NCBI GenBank assembly: GCA_041660605.1
Contig: JBAZWB010000002.1
Coordinates: 239,940 to 303,939 of the forward strand
Direction of reading: 5' to 3'
Origin: Patescibacteria group bacterium
Lineage (GTDB): Bacteria; Patescibacteriota; Patescibacteriia; UBA10025; JAHIVO01
DNA: 64,000 nucleotides
The translations under genes and the position numbers were made by a program. This document shows positions 52,252 to 61,092 of the stretch, piece after piece. The notes under the pieces were generated by a model. It made no database searches. It was not told the origin of the DNA and saw only the letters and a list, made by a program, of their open reading frames with translations. How positions within the stretch are numbered: the first letter of the stretch is position 1; each line of letters starts with the position of its first letter.

Positions 52252-52687
52252 AAAATACATGGCTCTTGCAATACTTGAAGCAGAAAAAGGTAAAAAATTA
52301 GGTAATTTACCTTTTGGTGCTGTTTTAGTTAAAAATGCTGATATTATTGGTTCTGCTCATGCAGAAGATATTACTTCAACAGATGTATCTGCTCATGCAG
52401 AACTTCAAGCAATCCAACAAGCATGCAAAAATTTAAAAACAAGCAATTTAAAAGAATGTGTACTCTATACTACAAATGAACCTTGTGCCATGTGTGCAGG
52501 TGCTATTCTTCAGTCAGGTATTTCTAAAATTGTGATTGGAGTTATTCGTGGAGATATTCCCAATAGGTTTCAACCGAAAAAAATTGGAATTGATGAATTG
52601 ATTGAAAATTACAATTATAAGCCAGAAATCATAAGAGGGGTTTTGAAAAGTGAAGTTATTGAATTATTTAAAAATGGCAAACTTTGA
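52241..52687 (+). CDS. CMP/dCMP-type zinc-dependent deaminase (TadA/guanine deaminase-like)
   Basis: HAE...PCAMCAGA zinc-binding motifs. Confidence 0.65.
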   Translation: MTDKKYMALAILEAEKGKKLGNLPFGAVLVKNADIIGSAHAEDITSTDVSAHAELQAIQQACKNLKTSNLKECVLYTTNEPCAMCAGAILQSGISKIVIGVIRGDIPNRFQPKKIGIDELIENYNYKPEIIRGVLKSEVIELFKNGKL

Positions 52688-53039
52688 CCCAAAAACATAT
52701 CACATTATCGGAATGAGTCCCGGTAATAATTATTTCAAAGATGAAGAAGTTCATTATCTTTTGAAAACTGTCGTTGAGCGATATTCGGCGGCGGAAAAGC
52801 GAGGGCGGGAACTTAATAATATTTCAAGATCCTCACCCCGTCATTCGACGAGGTCCGCCTTTTGCGGTGACTCTCGAGATCAATTAATATAATCAAATGA
52901 CGAGATCCCGCCCTGGTGGCGGGACCCTTACCCGCTCCAACGGAAAATCAATTTAATAAGTTATCCCCAGTCAATCTCTTGACCGTTTTTTGATTATTAT
53001 TTATTATTATATCGTATTACGATATAGTATATATTTCCT

Positions 53040-53363
53040 ATGAATAAAGAGCTATTAAAAGGGCATTCTGAATTAATTATCCTCTCCGCTCTGGCCAAAA
53101 AACCAATGCATGGATACGTACTCTCCGAGGCTTTGCGCGAAGCCATGCCAGACATGTTTCAGTTTGGAGTTGGCATGCTATACCCCCTGCTGCATAAACT
53201 TGAACGGAAACGCTTGATTACCGGCCAGTGGCTGGAAGTCGGCCATGCACGGAGAAAAGTCTATTCGCTCACGAAAAACGGTAAAAAACAATTAGCCTCC
53301 CAAAGCAAAGAGTGGCGGGCTTTTAATCAGGCAATAAACCAATTAATGTCACGATCGTCATGA
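53040..53363 (+). CDS. PadR-family transcriptional regulator
   Basis: Winged-helix PadR signature ELIILSALAKKPMHGYVL...YPLLHKLERKRLI. Confidence 0.8.
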   Translation: MNKELLKGHSELIILSALAKKPMHGYVLSEALREAMPDMFQFGVGMLYPLLHKLERKRLITGQWLEVGHARRKVYSLTKNGKKQLASQSKEWRAFNQAINQLMSRSS

Positions 53364-54658
53364 ATCCACAGGAATATATAAATAAATTTACTGAAAAACT
53401 AAACACTGGCGGCCTGAAACGCCAAGAAATTATTGAAGAACTAAAAAACCACATCAGCGATTCAGCTGAAACGGAAAATCTAGAAAAAAATATCGGTAAC
53501 CCGGAAACACTGGCCCGTACCTATGACCGGACTCATCTCGGCTGGCTATATTCCAGAAAACGAATTCTCCTCATCCCCATACTGCTTGGTATATTCTTTA
53601 TGCTAATGCAAAAAATTGCTCCAAACCTCAACTCCGTCGACTACTATTGGAATCCATCCGGGATGGCTTTTACTAATCCAGACTTGTTTTATTTCTATAA
53701 TCTTATCCGGGATATCTTTATTCTCATTCCACTGACAGCCGCCGCTTTAATCGGTCAAACAGCTGCACGGATGCATAAAATACAGACGACTCTCCTGCTG
53801 GCAATCGCCATTACTTTTATAACCTGCGCTACTTTAAATCTCCTGCAAAATATCCCACGATATATCAAATTTTTATCAACTCCAAATATTGTCATTGGTA
53901 CGCTTTATTACGAAGTGCTCTTCCAGGCAGTATTTACTACCGTCCTTCTCAGTATTACGGCGTTTTGCACTATGGCTTTTAGTGGTTGGAAAAGTTCATT
54001 AAAAACTCAGTTTACACGAGGAAAGTTTTACTTCCAAACCCTGGTACTTATCGTCGCCTCTATTATTCTATTTTTTGTTATTTCGTTAATTACTGAAATG
54101 ATTTTGGTGCCTTATGATCTGACAATGCCGGAGATGCGTCCAGCTGTAGGAACTTTTGCTAGAGAACTGAACGATTTTTTTGAAGGTGGCATTGGCGCAG
54201 TGCTCCCGTCAATCGTAGTCATAGTTTTATTGTGGTATTCATTTATCAAACAATCATACAATAAAATCAAAGAGGCCAACCAGCTCAATAGAGCCCAGGC
54301 AATTACTTTTTTTATCATTTTAAGTGCGGCCGCATATGCCTTTATCTTCAACTTACAACTTAAGGAATATTCATCATTTGCCTTCCCTTTGGCCGCGCTG
54401 GGGGTTACCTTGTCATATCTAAAACCGCGTTTTTGGTTTGTCTGGGGGATTTTACTCGGTTTATTAGTGCCGATTCTGGATCAAATTAAAAATTTTCTAG
54501 TTCATTCTCCTACGGATTTCATCCATTCCGGAAAAATGCTAATTCCAGCATTACTTGGCTCATTGATTGGCTTCCTGGTTGTAAATTTAAAATATTCGTC
54601 TTCAAATAACACGCCAAGGCAGCATGTAGAGCACAATAAGCGGATTATTTCCAATTAA
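53360..54658 (+). CDS. DUF1700-type membrane protein, PadR partner
   Basis: N-terminal HAAS/DUF1700-like domain (IISDSAETE...GNPETLARTY) followed by multiple TM helices. Translationally coupled to padR. Confidence 0.6.
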   Translation: MNPQEYINKFTEKLNTGGLKRQEIIEELKNHISDSAETENLEKNIGNPETLARTYDRTHLGWLYSRKRILLIPILLGIFFMLMQKIAPNLNSVDYYWNPSGMAFTNPDLFYFYNLIRDIFILIPLTAAALIGQTAARMHKIQTTLLLAIAITFITCATLNLLQNIPRYIKFLSTPNIVIGTLYYEVLFQAVFTTVLLSITAFCTMAFSGWKSSLKTQFTRGKFYFQTLVLIVASIILFFVISLITEMILVPYDLTMPEMRPAVGTFARELNDFFEGGIGAVLPSIVVIVLLWYSFIKQSYNKIKEANQLNRAQAITFFIILSAAAYAFIFNLQLKEYSSFAFPLAALGVTLSYLKPRFWFVWGILLGLLVPILDQIKNFLVHSPTDFIHSGKMLIPALLGSLIGFLVVNLKYSSSNNTPRQHVEHNKRIISN

Positions 54659-55003
54659 TATCCGCTGCTGATTAAAATACATTTATTAAAAAAGGAGGCA
54701 ACCGGCTGGTTGCCTCTCGCATTACCCTGAAGGAAATGCTCAGCGTCATCGCGTCTCACGCTATCCGCCTTCGCCTTCCTTACGCAGTAATGTGATAATG
54801 ATGGGGGGTTGGTCCATAATACCCCTCCTCAATATTGTTTGTTGTACCGTAATTGGTACATTTTTATAGTAACATTTTAATAAGTTAAGTAAAGCTCTCT
54901 TACGCCACCGGATATAAATGTAAGTGATTGACACAGGCATTGCCTTGTGTTAAGTTGATTGAGTTCCTTTTGCTATCAATCACTCTAATTATAGGAGGGA
55001 GAA

Positions 55004-55360
55004 ATGCGTAGAATCTCCTTATGCTGCCTGGCTGTTATGCTGCTAATGCTGGGAATTGCCGGCTGTGCAAAATCGTTAGAACCTTCTGATGACGGAAGAT
55101 TCCACTTTCATGGAGAGGATCTTCCTCAGATTGAATTTTTATACGATCCCGGATCGTGGCTGATGACCGTTTCCAATAAGACGGACATTAGCGCAAAAAT
55201 CAAAATCCAATCCAATCTGGAAAGTAATGGTATCAGCTTTACTCTTGGGGGTTTCAAAGAGCACAGCTACCATGAATACTACGAAAGCAATAGCACTATT
55301 CACATCGCCATAACCCGGCTTGGTGAAATCTACAAATTCACGGTAAAGCTTAAATACTGA
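55004..55360 (+). CDS. Lipoprotein, hypothetical
   Basis: Signal peptide with lipobox LGIAGC. Confidence 0.55.
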   Translation: MRRISLCCLAVMLLMLGIAGCAKSLEPSDDGRFHFHGEDLPQIEFLYDPGSWLMTVSNKTDISAKIKIQSNLESNGISFTLGGFKEHSYHEYYESNSTIHIAITRLGEIYKFTVKLKY

Positions 55361-55655
55361 TATGGCTTTCATGGCAACAACAATGCCGCTTTTCTTCACT
55401 AACAAATCTGAAGAGACGCGGCGTTTTTTTACTGGGAGTTAAATTTCAAAAATTCAATGCGCTGCCTCGTGGAGGTTGACCCCGCCTGCCATGGAGAGGC
55501 GGGGTTGACATAATCTATTAGTCTGCTAAAATAGGCAATCAAATCTCACCCTTTTGATAGGGTGTTTTTTGATACCCAAAAATTGGCTAGTAAAAGCTAT
55601 AAATATGCTTTTATTGCTAATTTTAGCCAAATTACTATTAATAATTGAGGAAAGT

Positions 55656-56183
55656 ATGGAAAAGTTGTTAAAACTGATAAAAATCAAAAACATAACACCC
55701 GCCGTGCTGATAATATTAATCTGGCAGATTTGCTTCCCTCAGCATGTCATGGCCTTACAAATAAATACCAATAAAAACCAGCTGGTGGCTAATAAATTTA
55801 CGGAACAATGGCTGATGGTGAATATTGCCGATTCATCCCAGGAAAAAGCGTCTTTACGCCTGCCGGAAAATGCGGATCGGCCACAGCCAAAAGCAAGAAA
55901 AACTATGCGCATCTCCGTGACAGCCTATTCTTCAACAGTTGACCAATGCGGCAGCAGTCCGTTTACCACCGCTTCAGGCACGCAAGTGCGGGATGGCGTC
56001 ATTGCCGCCAATTTCCTGCCGATTGGCACCAAGGTCAGGTTTCCGGATTATTACGGCAGTAAGATATTCACAGTTGAGGATCGCATGAGCAATCGTTACT
56101 GGTACCGGGCGGACATCTGGATGGCTTCCAGGGATCTGGCAAAACAATGGGGGGTCAGAAACATCATGATAGAAATCATCTAA
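55656..56183 (+). CDS. 3D-domain protein (YuiC/MltA-like cell-wall associated)
   Basis: VTAYSS...DQCGSSPFTTASG...LPIGTKVRFP...DRM aspartate-containing 3D-domain pattern. N-terminal TM helix. Frame opens at 55554; the start chosen here is the ATG after the GAGGAAAG RBS. Confidence 0.6.
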   Translation: MEKLLKLIKIKNITPAVLIILIWQICFPQHVMALQINTNKNQLVANKFTEQWLMVNIADSSQEKASLRLPENADRPQPKARKTMRISVTAYSSTVDQCGSSPFTTASGTQVRDGVIAANFLPIGTKVRFPDYYGSKIFTVEDRMSNRYWYRADIWMASRDLAKQWGVRNIMIEII

Positions 56184-56344
56184 TAATGCATAATCAAAAG
56201 CCTCGATTTATAAAGTCGGGGTTTTTGGAATGCTAAATACTTGATAAATACAGGCAATTCTGTTATGATTTGAATATGTAGATTTAAAATCTGCTGTTTT
56301 ATTAACGAAACCCAGGACGAAAATATAATATAATTATTGTCTTG

Positions 56345-56460
56345 GCCAGGTAGCCCCGCCCGCCTTGCTCCGCAACGCGGAGCGGGCGTGGCAAGCCCCC
56401 GCCAGTAGGCGGGGTAAAATCCAGGCAGTGGTCTGTCCCGCCAAGGGGCGGGACCCCGCA
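56345..56460 (+). pseudogene. Disrupted copy of tRNA-Cys with GC hairpin inserts in the D loop and anticodon loop
   Basis: GGCCAGGTAGCC, a 68-nt insert, AGGCAGTGGTCTG, an insert. All collinear with the intact tRNA-Cys. Confidence 0.5.
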
Positions 56461-56523
56461 ATACATTAGAAAAAATATAAGAGTGCGGGACAAAACCAAA
56501 ATATACGGCACCCTGAAAGTAAT

Positions 56524-56598
56524 GGCCAGGTAGCCAAGTAGTAAGGCAGTGGTCTGCAAAACCACTATTCACGGGTGCAATTCCCGTCCTGGCCTCCA
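56524..56598 (+). tRNA. tRNA-Cys (GCA) with encoded CCA
   Basis: Acceptor GGCCAGG/CCTGGCC, anticodon loop CTGCAAA, T-arm ACGGG-TGCAATT-CCCGT. Confidence 0.85.
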
Positions 56599-56713
56599 GC
56601 CAAATTTGTTGGTTTTAAAAACTAAAATGACCGCCGAGCCTCGACTTCACGTCGGGCGAGGCAAACAAATTAGGGAAAAAGAAGTAATGAGGAAAAAACC
56701 GTAGGTTGTTTCC

Positions 56714-58252
56714 TCATAGCCACGCGCGGGGGTAGTTCAGTGGTAGAACGCTTCCTTGCCAAGGAAGAGGTCGCGGGTTCAAGTCCCGTTCCCCGCTCCA
56801 ATCGGAAAATTTGAATTTTTCAGCGGCGCAAAGCCACTGATTAGATAATGAAATTAGGGCTTTCCCGCCAACGAGGCGGAAGTTCGAGCCAATTTTTTGT
56901 ATAAAATTTCTTTTTGCTTCTAAATTTTCTTGTTTTGATGTAAAAGGGGCTTGGTGAGCGTCTAATATCCATTTTCTGAAGAGTTCGAGCCGAGCGTCGC
57001 CCTTATTCTTAAAACTATCCAGTAATTCCTTAATTTCAACCAGCCGGTTGACGATTTTTTGTTTGGCTTTGTCAAATACCTCTTTAGAAATTCCTTGGTC
57101 TAATCTCTCATCAAGCAGTAGCAATAGTTTTTCCTCTAATTTAGCTTGCTCGCCTTTTAACGCCTGAATTTCCTCGCCATGCTTAGTTGTTGCTTCTTTG
57201 ATTTCCCCGTCAACCTTAATTAACATTTTGTCTTTCCAATCATCAGGCAGGGCGACGCTCTCAATGGTTTTATTGATCTGGCTGACCAAGTGCCTTTCTT
57301 CAATGAACTTCTGCGAGCAAACCACATTTTTCTTGGTACAGCGATAATAAACATATTTCAACCCTGAAGGTTTTTTCTTTCTTTCGGCAGTTACCATGCG
57401 TCCGCACTCACCACAGGTGAATACGCCCCGGAATGCGAAAGGCAGAAGGTCTTTTTTAACCCTGGTCTTTCGTTTGGCCGAGTGAACCTTCTGCACTTCG
57501 TCAAATAACTGCTTGGTAATTATCGGCTGGTGACTGCCCTGGTACATTTCGCCCTTGTGCAAAAATACGCCGTAATAAAACGGATTGGTCAGCATGTCTA
57601 CTAGCTTGGAAATGACGATTTGCTTATTTGTCCTACGGCTCACCAAGCCCAGCGAAAGCGACAGCTTCTGCAGTGAATAAATCGTGTGATTGCCCCCGGC
57701 ATACGCCTCAAAGAGCTTTTTGACTATCTGCCAGCGCTCCGGGTCTTTGATGATGGTGTGGTGCCGTAATTCGTTCAGATAGCCGACAGGCGCGAGCGCT
57801 GGCCATTCGCCCCGGCGGAGCTTTTGGCGTATGCCGCGTTTGATATTTTCGCATAAGTTATCAATGTAGTATTTGCTCTGGCCAAAAGCGATATTAAGCA
57901 TGAATTTTCCCTGTGGCGTGGCATCAAACCAAAATGTAGGAAATTTTAAACCGCCAATCTTGCCAGTATCCACCATAAAAATGATTTTTCCGCCGTCAAT
58001 GCTGTTTCTGGCCAATCTGTCCGGATGCCACGCCAAAATGCCCATAGGGCCATTTTCTTCTATGCGCTTGATCATTTTATTAAAAAGAGGACGACCGGGC
58101 ACTTTGGCCGTCTTGCTTTCTATGTATTCGTCAATTACTTCTAAATTTTCCTTAATCGCAAATTCTCTTAATTCCGTTATTTGCGATTCAATGGATAAAA
58201 CCTGCCGGTCGTCCTCGTCAGTTGATTTCCTGGCGTAGATTACATATTTCAT
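56714..58252 (-). CDS. Large serine recombinase (resolvase/invertase N-domain, recombinase domain, zinc ribbon)
   Basis: N-terminal YARKSTDEDDRQVLSIESQ with the catalytic Ser. Downstream recombinase domain with CGECG...YYRC zinc ribbon. The 3'-terminal roughly 170 nt runs through IR-A and antisense tRNA-Gly, so the true C-terminus is uncertain. Confidence 0.85.
   Translation of the reverse strand: MKYVIYARKSTDEDDRQVLSIESQITELREFAIKENLEVIDEYIESKTAKVPGRPLFNKMIKRIEENGPMGILAWHPDRLARNSIDGGKIIFMVDTGKIGGLKFPTFWFDATPQGKFMLNIAFGQSKYYIDNLCENIKRGIRQKLRRGEWPALAPVGYLNELRHHTIIKDPERWQIVKKLFEAYAGGNHTIYSLQKLSLSLGLVSRRTNKQIVISKLVDMLTNPFYYGVFLHKGEMYQGSHQPIITKQLFDEVQKVHSAKRKTRVKKDLLPFAFRGVFTCGECGRMVTAERKKKPSGLKYVYYRCTKKNVVCSQKFIEERHLVSQINKTIESVALPDDWKDKMLIKVDGEIKEATTKHGEEIQALKGEQAKLEEKLLLLLDERLDQGISKEVFDKAKQKIVNRLVEIKELLDSFKNKGDARLELFRKWILDAHQAPFTSKQENLEAKRNFIQKIGSNFRLVGGKALISLSNQWLCAAEKFKFSDWSGERDLNPRPLPWQGSVLPLNYPRAWL
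56726..56800 (+). tRNA. tRNA-Gly (GCC) with encoded CCA; integration target
   Basis: Acceptor GCGGGGG/TCCCCGC, anticodon loop TTGCCAA, T-arm GCGGG-TTCAAGT-CCCGT. Confidence 0.85.
56795..56886. repeat. IR-A, left copy (92 bp, perfect)
   Basis: Reverse complement equals 58329–58420. Confidence 0.9.
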
Positions 58253-58328
58253 AGTTGTCGCTTTCGCTTAATTCTTATCAGTCAAAATTGGCTACCCCGC
58301 GGGAGCGGGGTGTTCCGCAATGCGGAGC

Positions 58329-58420
58329 CGAACTTCCGCCTCGTTGGCGGGAAAGCCCTAATTTCATTATCTAATCAGTGGCTTTGCGCCGCTGAAAAAT
58401 TCAAATTTTCCGATTGGAGC
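58329..58420. repeat. IR-A, right copy (92 bp)
   Basis: Perfect inverted match to 56795–56886. Confidence 0.9.
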
Positions 58421-58560
58421 TGCTTTTACCGAAAAGTTCGGACTTTCTTTCTATGAATTCAGGCGGGCGGAAGGGGGGTCTGGGGGGAATTCCGCCCGCC
58501 TGCCCTCTCCGCAAAAAAATTAATTAAATGGGCTTTTAAAAAAACAAGGAGATTTTTCGT
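58415..58560. repeat. IR-B, left copy (146 bp)
   Basis: Reverse complement matches 63473–63618 with about 5 mismatches. Shares the TGGAGC core with IR-A. Confidence 0.85.
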
Positions 58561-58652
58561 AATCCCGCAGAAGCGGGATGCGCCGCGTTAAGGATAGCCC
58601 TTGACCCTCCCACCCGTTCGCAGGCATTTACTCCCTGAAATCAGGATATTCT

Positions 58653-58680
58653 AATTTTGAATATTCATATTTTGAATATA
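58653..58680 (+). promoter_or_regulatory. Candidate operator: two direct TTTTGAATAT repeats with an internal GAATATTC palindrome upstream of the XRE gene
   Basis: TTTTGAATAT at 58655–58664 and 58670–58679. Confidence 0.4.
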
Positions 58681-58690
58681 TCATAACCTT

Positions 58691-58909
58691 ATGGATAAGA
58701 CAATATATCTGAATAAATACAAACGAATTGTCGAAAAGCTTAAAAGTGCCCGTCTTGAAGCAGGATTAACGCAAAAACAAATAGCAGACAGGCTAAAGGT
58801 GCCACAATCGTATATATCCAAAGTTGAAGCAGGGGACCAAAGAATCGATATTATTGAGCTAAAAGCATTTGCCGATCTTTATAAGAAATCGATCACTTAC
58901 TTTATTTAA
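58691..58909 (+). CDS. XRE/Cro-type helix-turn-helix transcriptional regulator
   Basis: LTQKQIADRLKVPQSYISKVEAG HTH_3 signature. Confidence 0.75.
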   Translation: MDKTIYLNKYKRIVEKLKSARLEAGLTQKQIADRLKVPQSYISKVEAGDQRIDIIELKAFADLYKKSITYFI

Positions 58910-59082
58910 TTTCAATCAATAAAAATGGGCGTTTCTATACGCTTTTTTTATTTATCCACAGGGTAAGTGGGTTGACGGTTTATTTTATATGTGATAAGGT
59001 GTAAAGGAATCAATATTCTAGGATATTAATACGATAAATAATCACATAACTTATACCTTAAGAATTAACCTTAAAAACACAT

Positions 59083-59319
59083 ATGAAACCTAAACCGCCT
59101 ACAAATGAGACAAAAAGAGATAGATTCAAGAGACTTGCTGAATACAGGACAAATGAAGTATTGAGTAAATTAAAAATACTTGGTAATTGCTCTAATCAAC
59201 AAGCATATGACTATACTGAAGAGGATATACGAAAAATTTTTGATTCAATTGAAAAAACGACACGAGCCGTAAAATCAAAGTTTCAATTAACGCCTAGGGA
59301 TAAAGAATTTAAATTCTAA
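59083..59319 (+). CDS. Small hypothetical protein
   Basis: 78-aa basic ORF directly upstream of the ATPase gene. Confidence 0.4.
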   Translation: MKPKPPTNETKRDRFKRLAEYRTNEVLSKLKILGNCSNQQAYDYTEEDIRKIFDSIEKTTRAVKSKFQLTPRDKEFKF

Positions 59320-59341
59320 GTGTCTTTTTAAAGTTTATTTT

Positions 59342-61087
59342 ATGTCGTTAAAATTACATATATCTCCAAGAATAATTCCAAGCATTGCCAGTCTATATAA
59401 TGACGTCAATAGAATTTTCATGGAATATATTGACAATTCCATCGACAGTGCTGAAAAATTTTTTACTAATGATATTGATCAGTATTTAAAACCAATTGAG
59501 ATTGTTATTAAAATCTCTGGTGAAAAATTTAGGGACGGAAAAGTAACAATAAGTGATAACTGTTTCGGTATTACAAATTTTGGAAAGGTAGTAGAGAGCA
59601 TAGGTAATTCAGATAAAAAGGCGGATTTTACCACAAACGGACAATTTGGCTATGGCATCTACTCGTATATGGCAGCATGTGAAAAATTAGAAATTACTTC
59701 AAAGCTTGATGATCAAGAAAAGGCACAATACCTGCCCATTGAAAGAAAACAATTCGACACAGATCGCCAAGAAAATGTAAAAATTCCTGATCCAAAAATT
59801 GTAAATTTTAAGATGCAGTCTGGAACAATGATAAGTCTGTCCGGTTTTGAAAAACATTCATGGAAAGAAATAAACGCAGAAGAATTAAAAAATGAGATCG
59901 AAAAACACTTCGAGTTATTATTAGCCAGAAAAAATCTTTTTGTTAAAGTTATTGACGCTAAAATGAACGAACATATATGCAAGCCGTATAATTATTCTCA
60001 ACATGAAGGTGAGGTATATGACGACAATATTAACTCGGTATGTTATAAAAAGGGAATTATATCCCCAACAACTGTCAAATTTAATTTAAAAAAACCAATC
60101 CATATTTATCTTAAACTAACAAAGGGCAAATCAATCAATAAACCACCAATTTTTGTTGCCAAAGGTAGACGGGTGGGCGAGATAAAAGACGTCAGGTCAT
60201 TTAAATCAACCCATAAAAGCGATCTATGGGCACACCCAAATATAACAGGCTATATTGATTTAAATGATTTCTTGGATCCAACTATCGCAAGAAATGATTT
60301 TAAAAATACCGATAAATCAAAAGCGTTATTCGCTACTGTTAACAAATTAGAGGAAATTATTTTAGACGAGATTATAAGGGCTAACAAAGAAGCAGAGGAA
60401 CGACACTATAAAGAGCTAGAGGACAGACTTAACCAAATACTTTCTAAACTTGCAAGAATTGATGCCATGAATTATCGGACTGCATTTTTAACCGGAAATA
60501 ACATTAATTTACAACAAGGCGGTACAGGACAAATAATTGAAGGTAAACGCGGATCAAAAGACCGTGGTGGCGACCCCACAAATGAAAATAATGATCACCC
60601 ATTGGGTGAGAATGAGGGTTTTGGAAAAGGAATTGGAGGATCAAAGGGAAATATCCCTGGGGGTGAGAATGGCGACAATGCTTCGAACAAGGAAGCTGAC
60701 AACCCTTTTGAGGACACCGGATTTAAAGGAGGCGAAAAGAAAAAAAGCGGCTTTAATATAAGGATTGTTGACAGTGATCCCGATATTGATCAAGAAACTA
60801 ATAAACCAATTAGATCTTTACTTGTTGGTGACGAAATAAGAATCTTCAAAAAACATCCGGACTTCGAGGAACGGGTTGGGGAGTCTAGAAAAAAAGAAAA
60901 ACGAATCACAGAGCGTTTAGTCACATACATCGCTGGCGAAATAACAGTTCACTATAAAGACAAATATTTTACCCGATATGGTCAACCAGATTATAATAAA
61001 AAAATGTTTTCAGACTTAGTTGAATTTATTTATTCAATTGAAACATCGCTTGCTGATTTGGTTGGCAGGAACTTGTCTGACTATTAA
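59342..61087 (+). CDS. GHKL-superfamily (HSP90/MORC-like, HATPase_c) ATPase with a long C-terminal region containing a G/N/D-rich linker
   Basis: Bergerat-fold motifs: N box EYIDNSIDSA, G1 box ISDNCFGIT, G2 box GQFGYGIYS. Confidence 0.7.
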   Translation: MSLKLHISPRIIPSIASLYNDVNRIFMEYIDNSIDSAEKFFTNDIDQYLKPIEIVIKISGEKFRDGKVTISDNCFGITNFGKVVESIGNSDKKADFTTNGQFGYGIYSYMAACEKLEITSKLDDQEKAQYLPIERKQFDTDRQENVKIPDPKIVNFKMQSGTMISLSGFEKHSWKEINAEELKNEIEKHFELLLARKNLFVKVIDAKMNEHICKPYNYSQHEGEVYDDNINSVCYKKGIISPTTVKFNLKKPIHIYLKLTKGKSINKPPIFVAKGRRVGEIKDVRSFKSTHKSDLWAHPNITGYIDLNDFLDPTIARNDFKNTDKSKALFATVNKLEEIILDEIIRANKEAEERHYKELEDRLNQILSKLARIDAMNYRTAFLTGNNINLQQGGTGQIIEGKRGSKDRGGDPTNENNDHPLGENEGFGKGIGGSKGNIPGGENGDNASNKEADNPFEDTGFKGGEKKKSGFNIRIVDSDPDIDQETNKPIRSLLVGDEIRIFKKHPDFEERVGESRKKEKRITERLVTYIAGEITVHYKDKYFTRYGQPDYNKKMFSDLVEFIYSIETSLADLVGRNLSDY

Positions 61088-61092
61088 ACTAT

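Larger units (their letters stand above)
51520..52939. mobile_element. Roughly 1.4-kb AT-rich islet at tRNA-Gly(UCC), flanked by direct repeats of the tRNA 3' end (degraded integrative element)
   Basis: CCCTTACCCGCTCCA at 51505–51519 and 52925–52939, with an extra copy at 51545–51557. A clear GC drop lies between the repeats. Confidence 0.5.

Noticed and set aside
52650-52892. 80-aa ORF (MKLLNYLKMANFDPKTYHIIGMSPGNNYF...)
   Set aside because: Its C-terminal half is translated from a GC hairpin repeat. It is probably a truncated gene fragment at the islet boundary. I mention it under the islet finding rather than calling it a gene.
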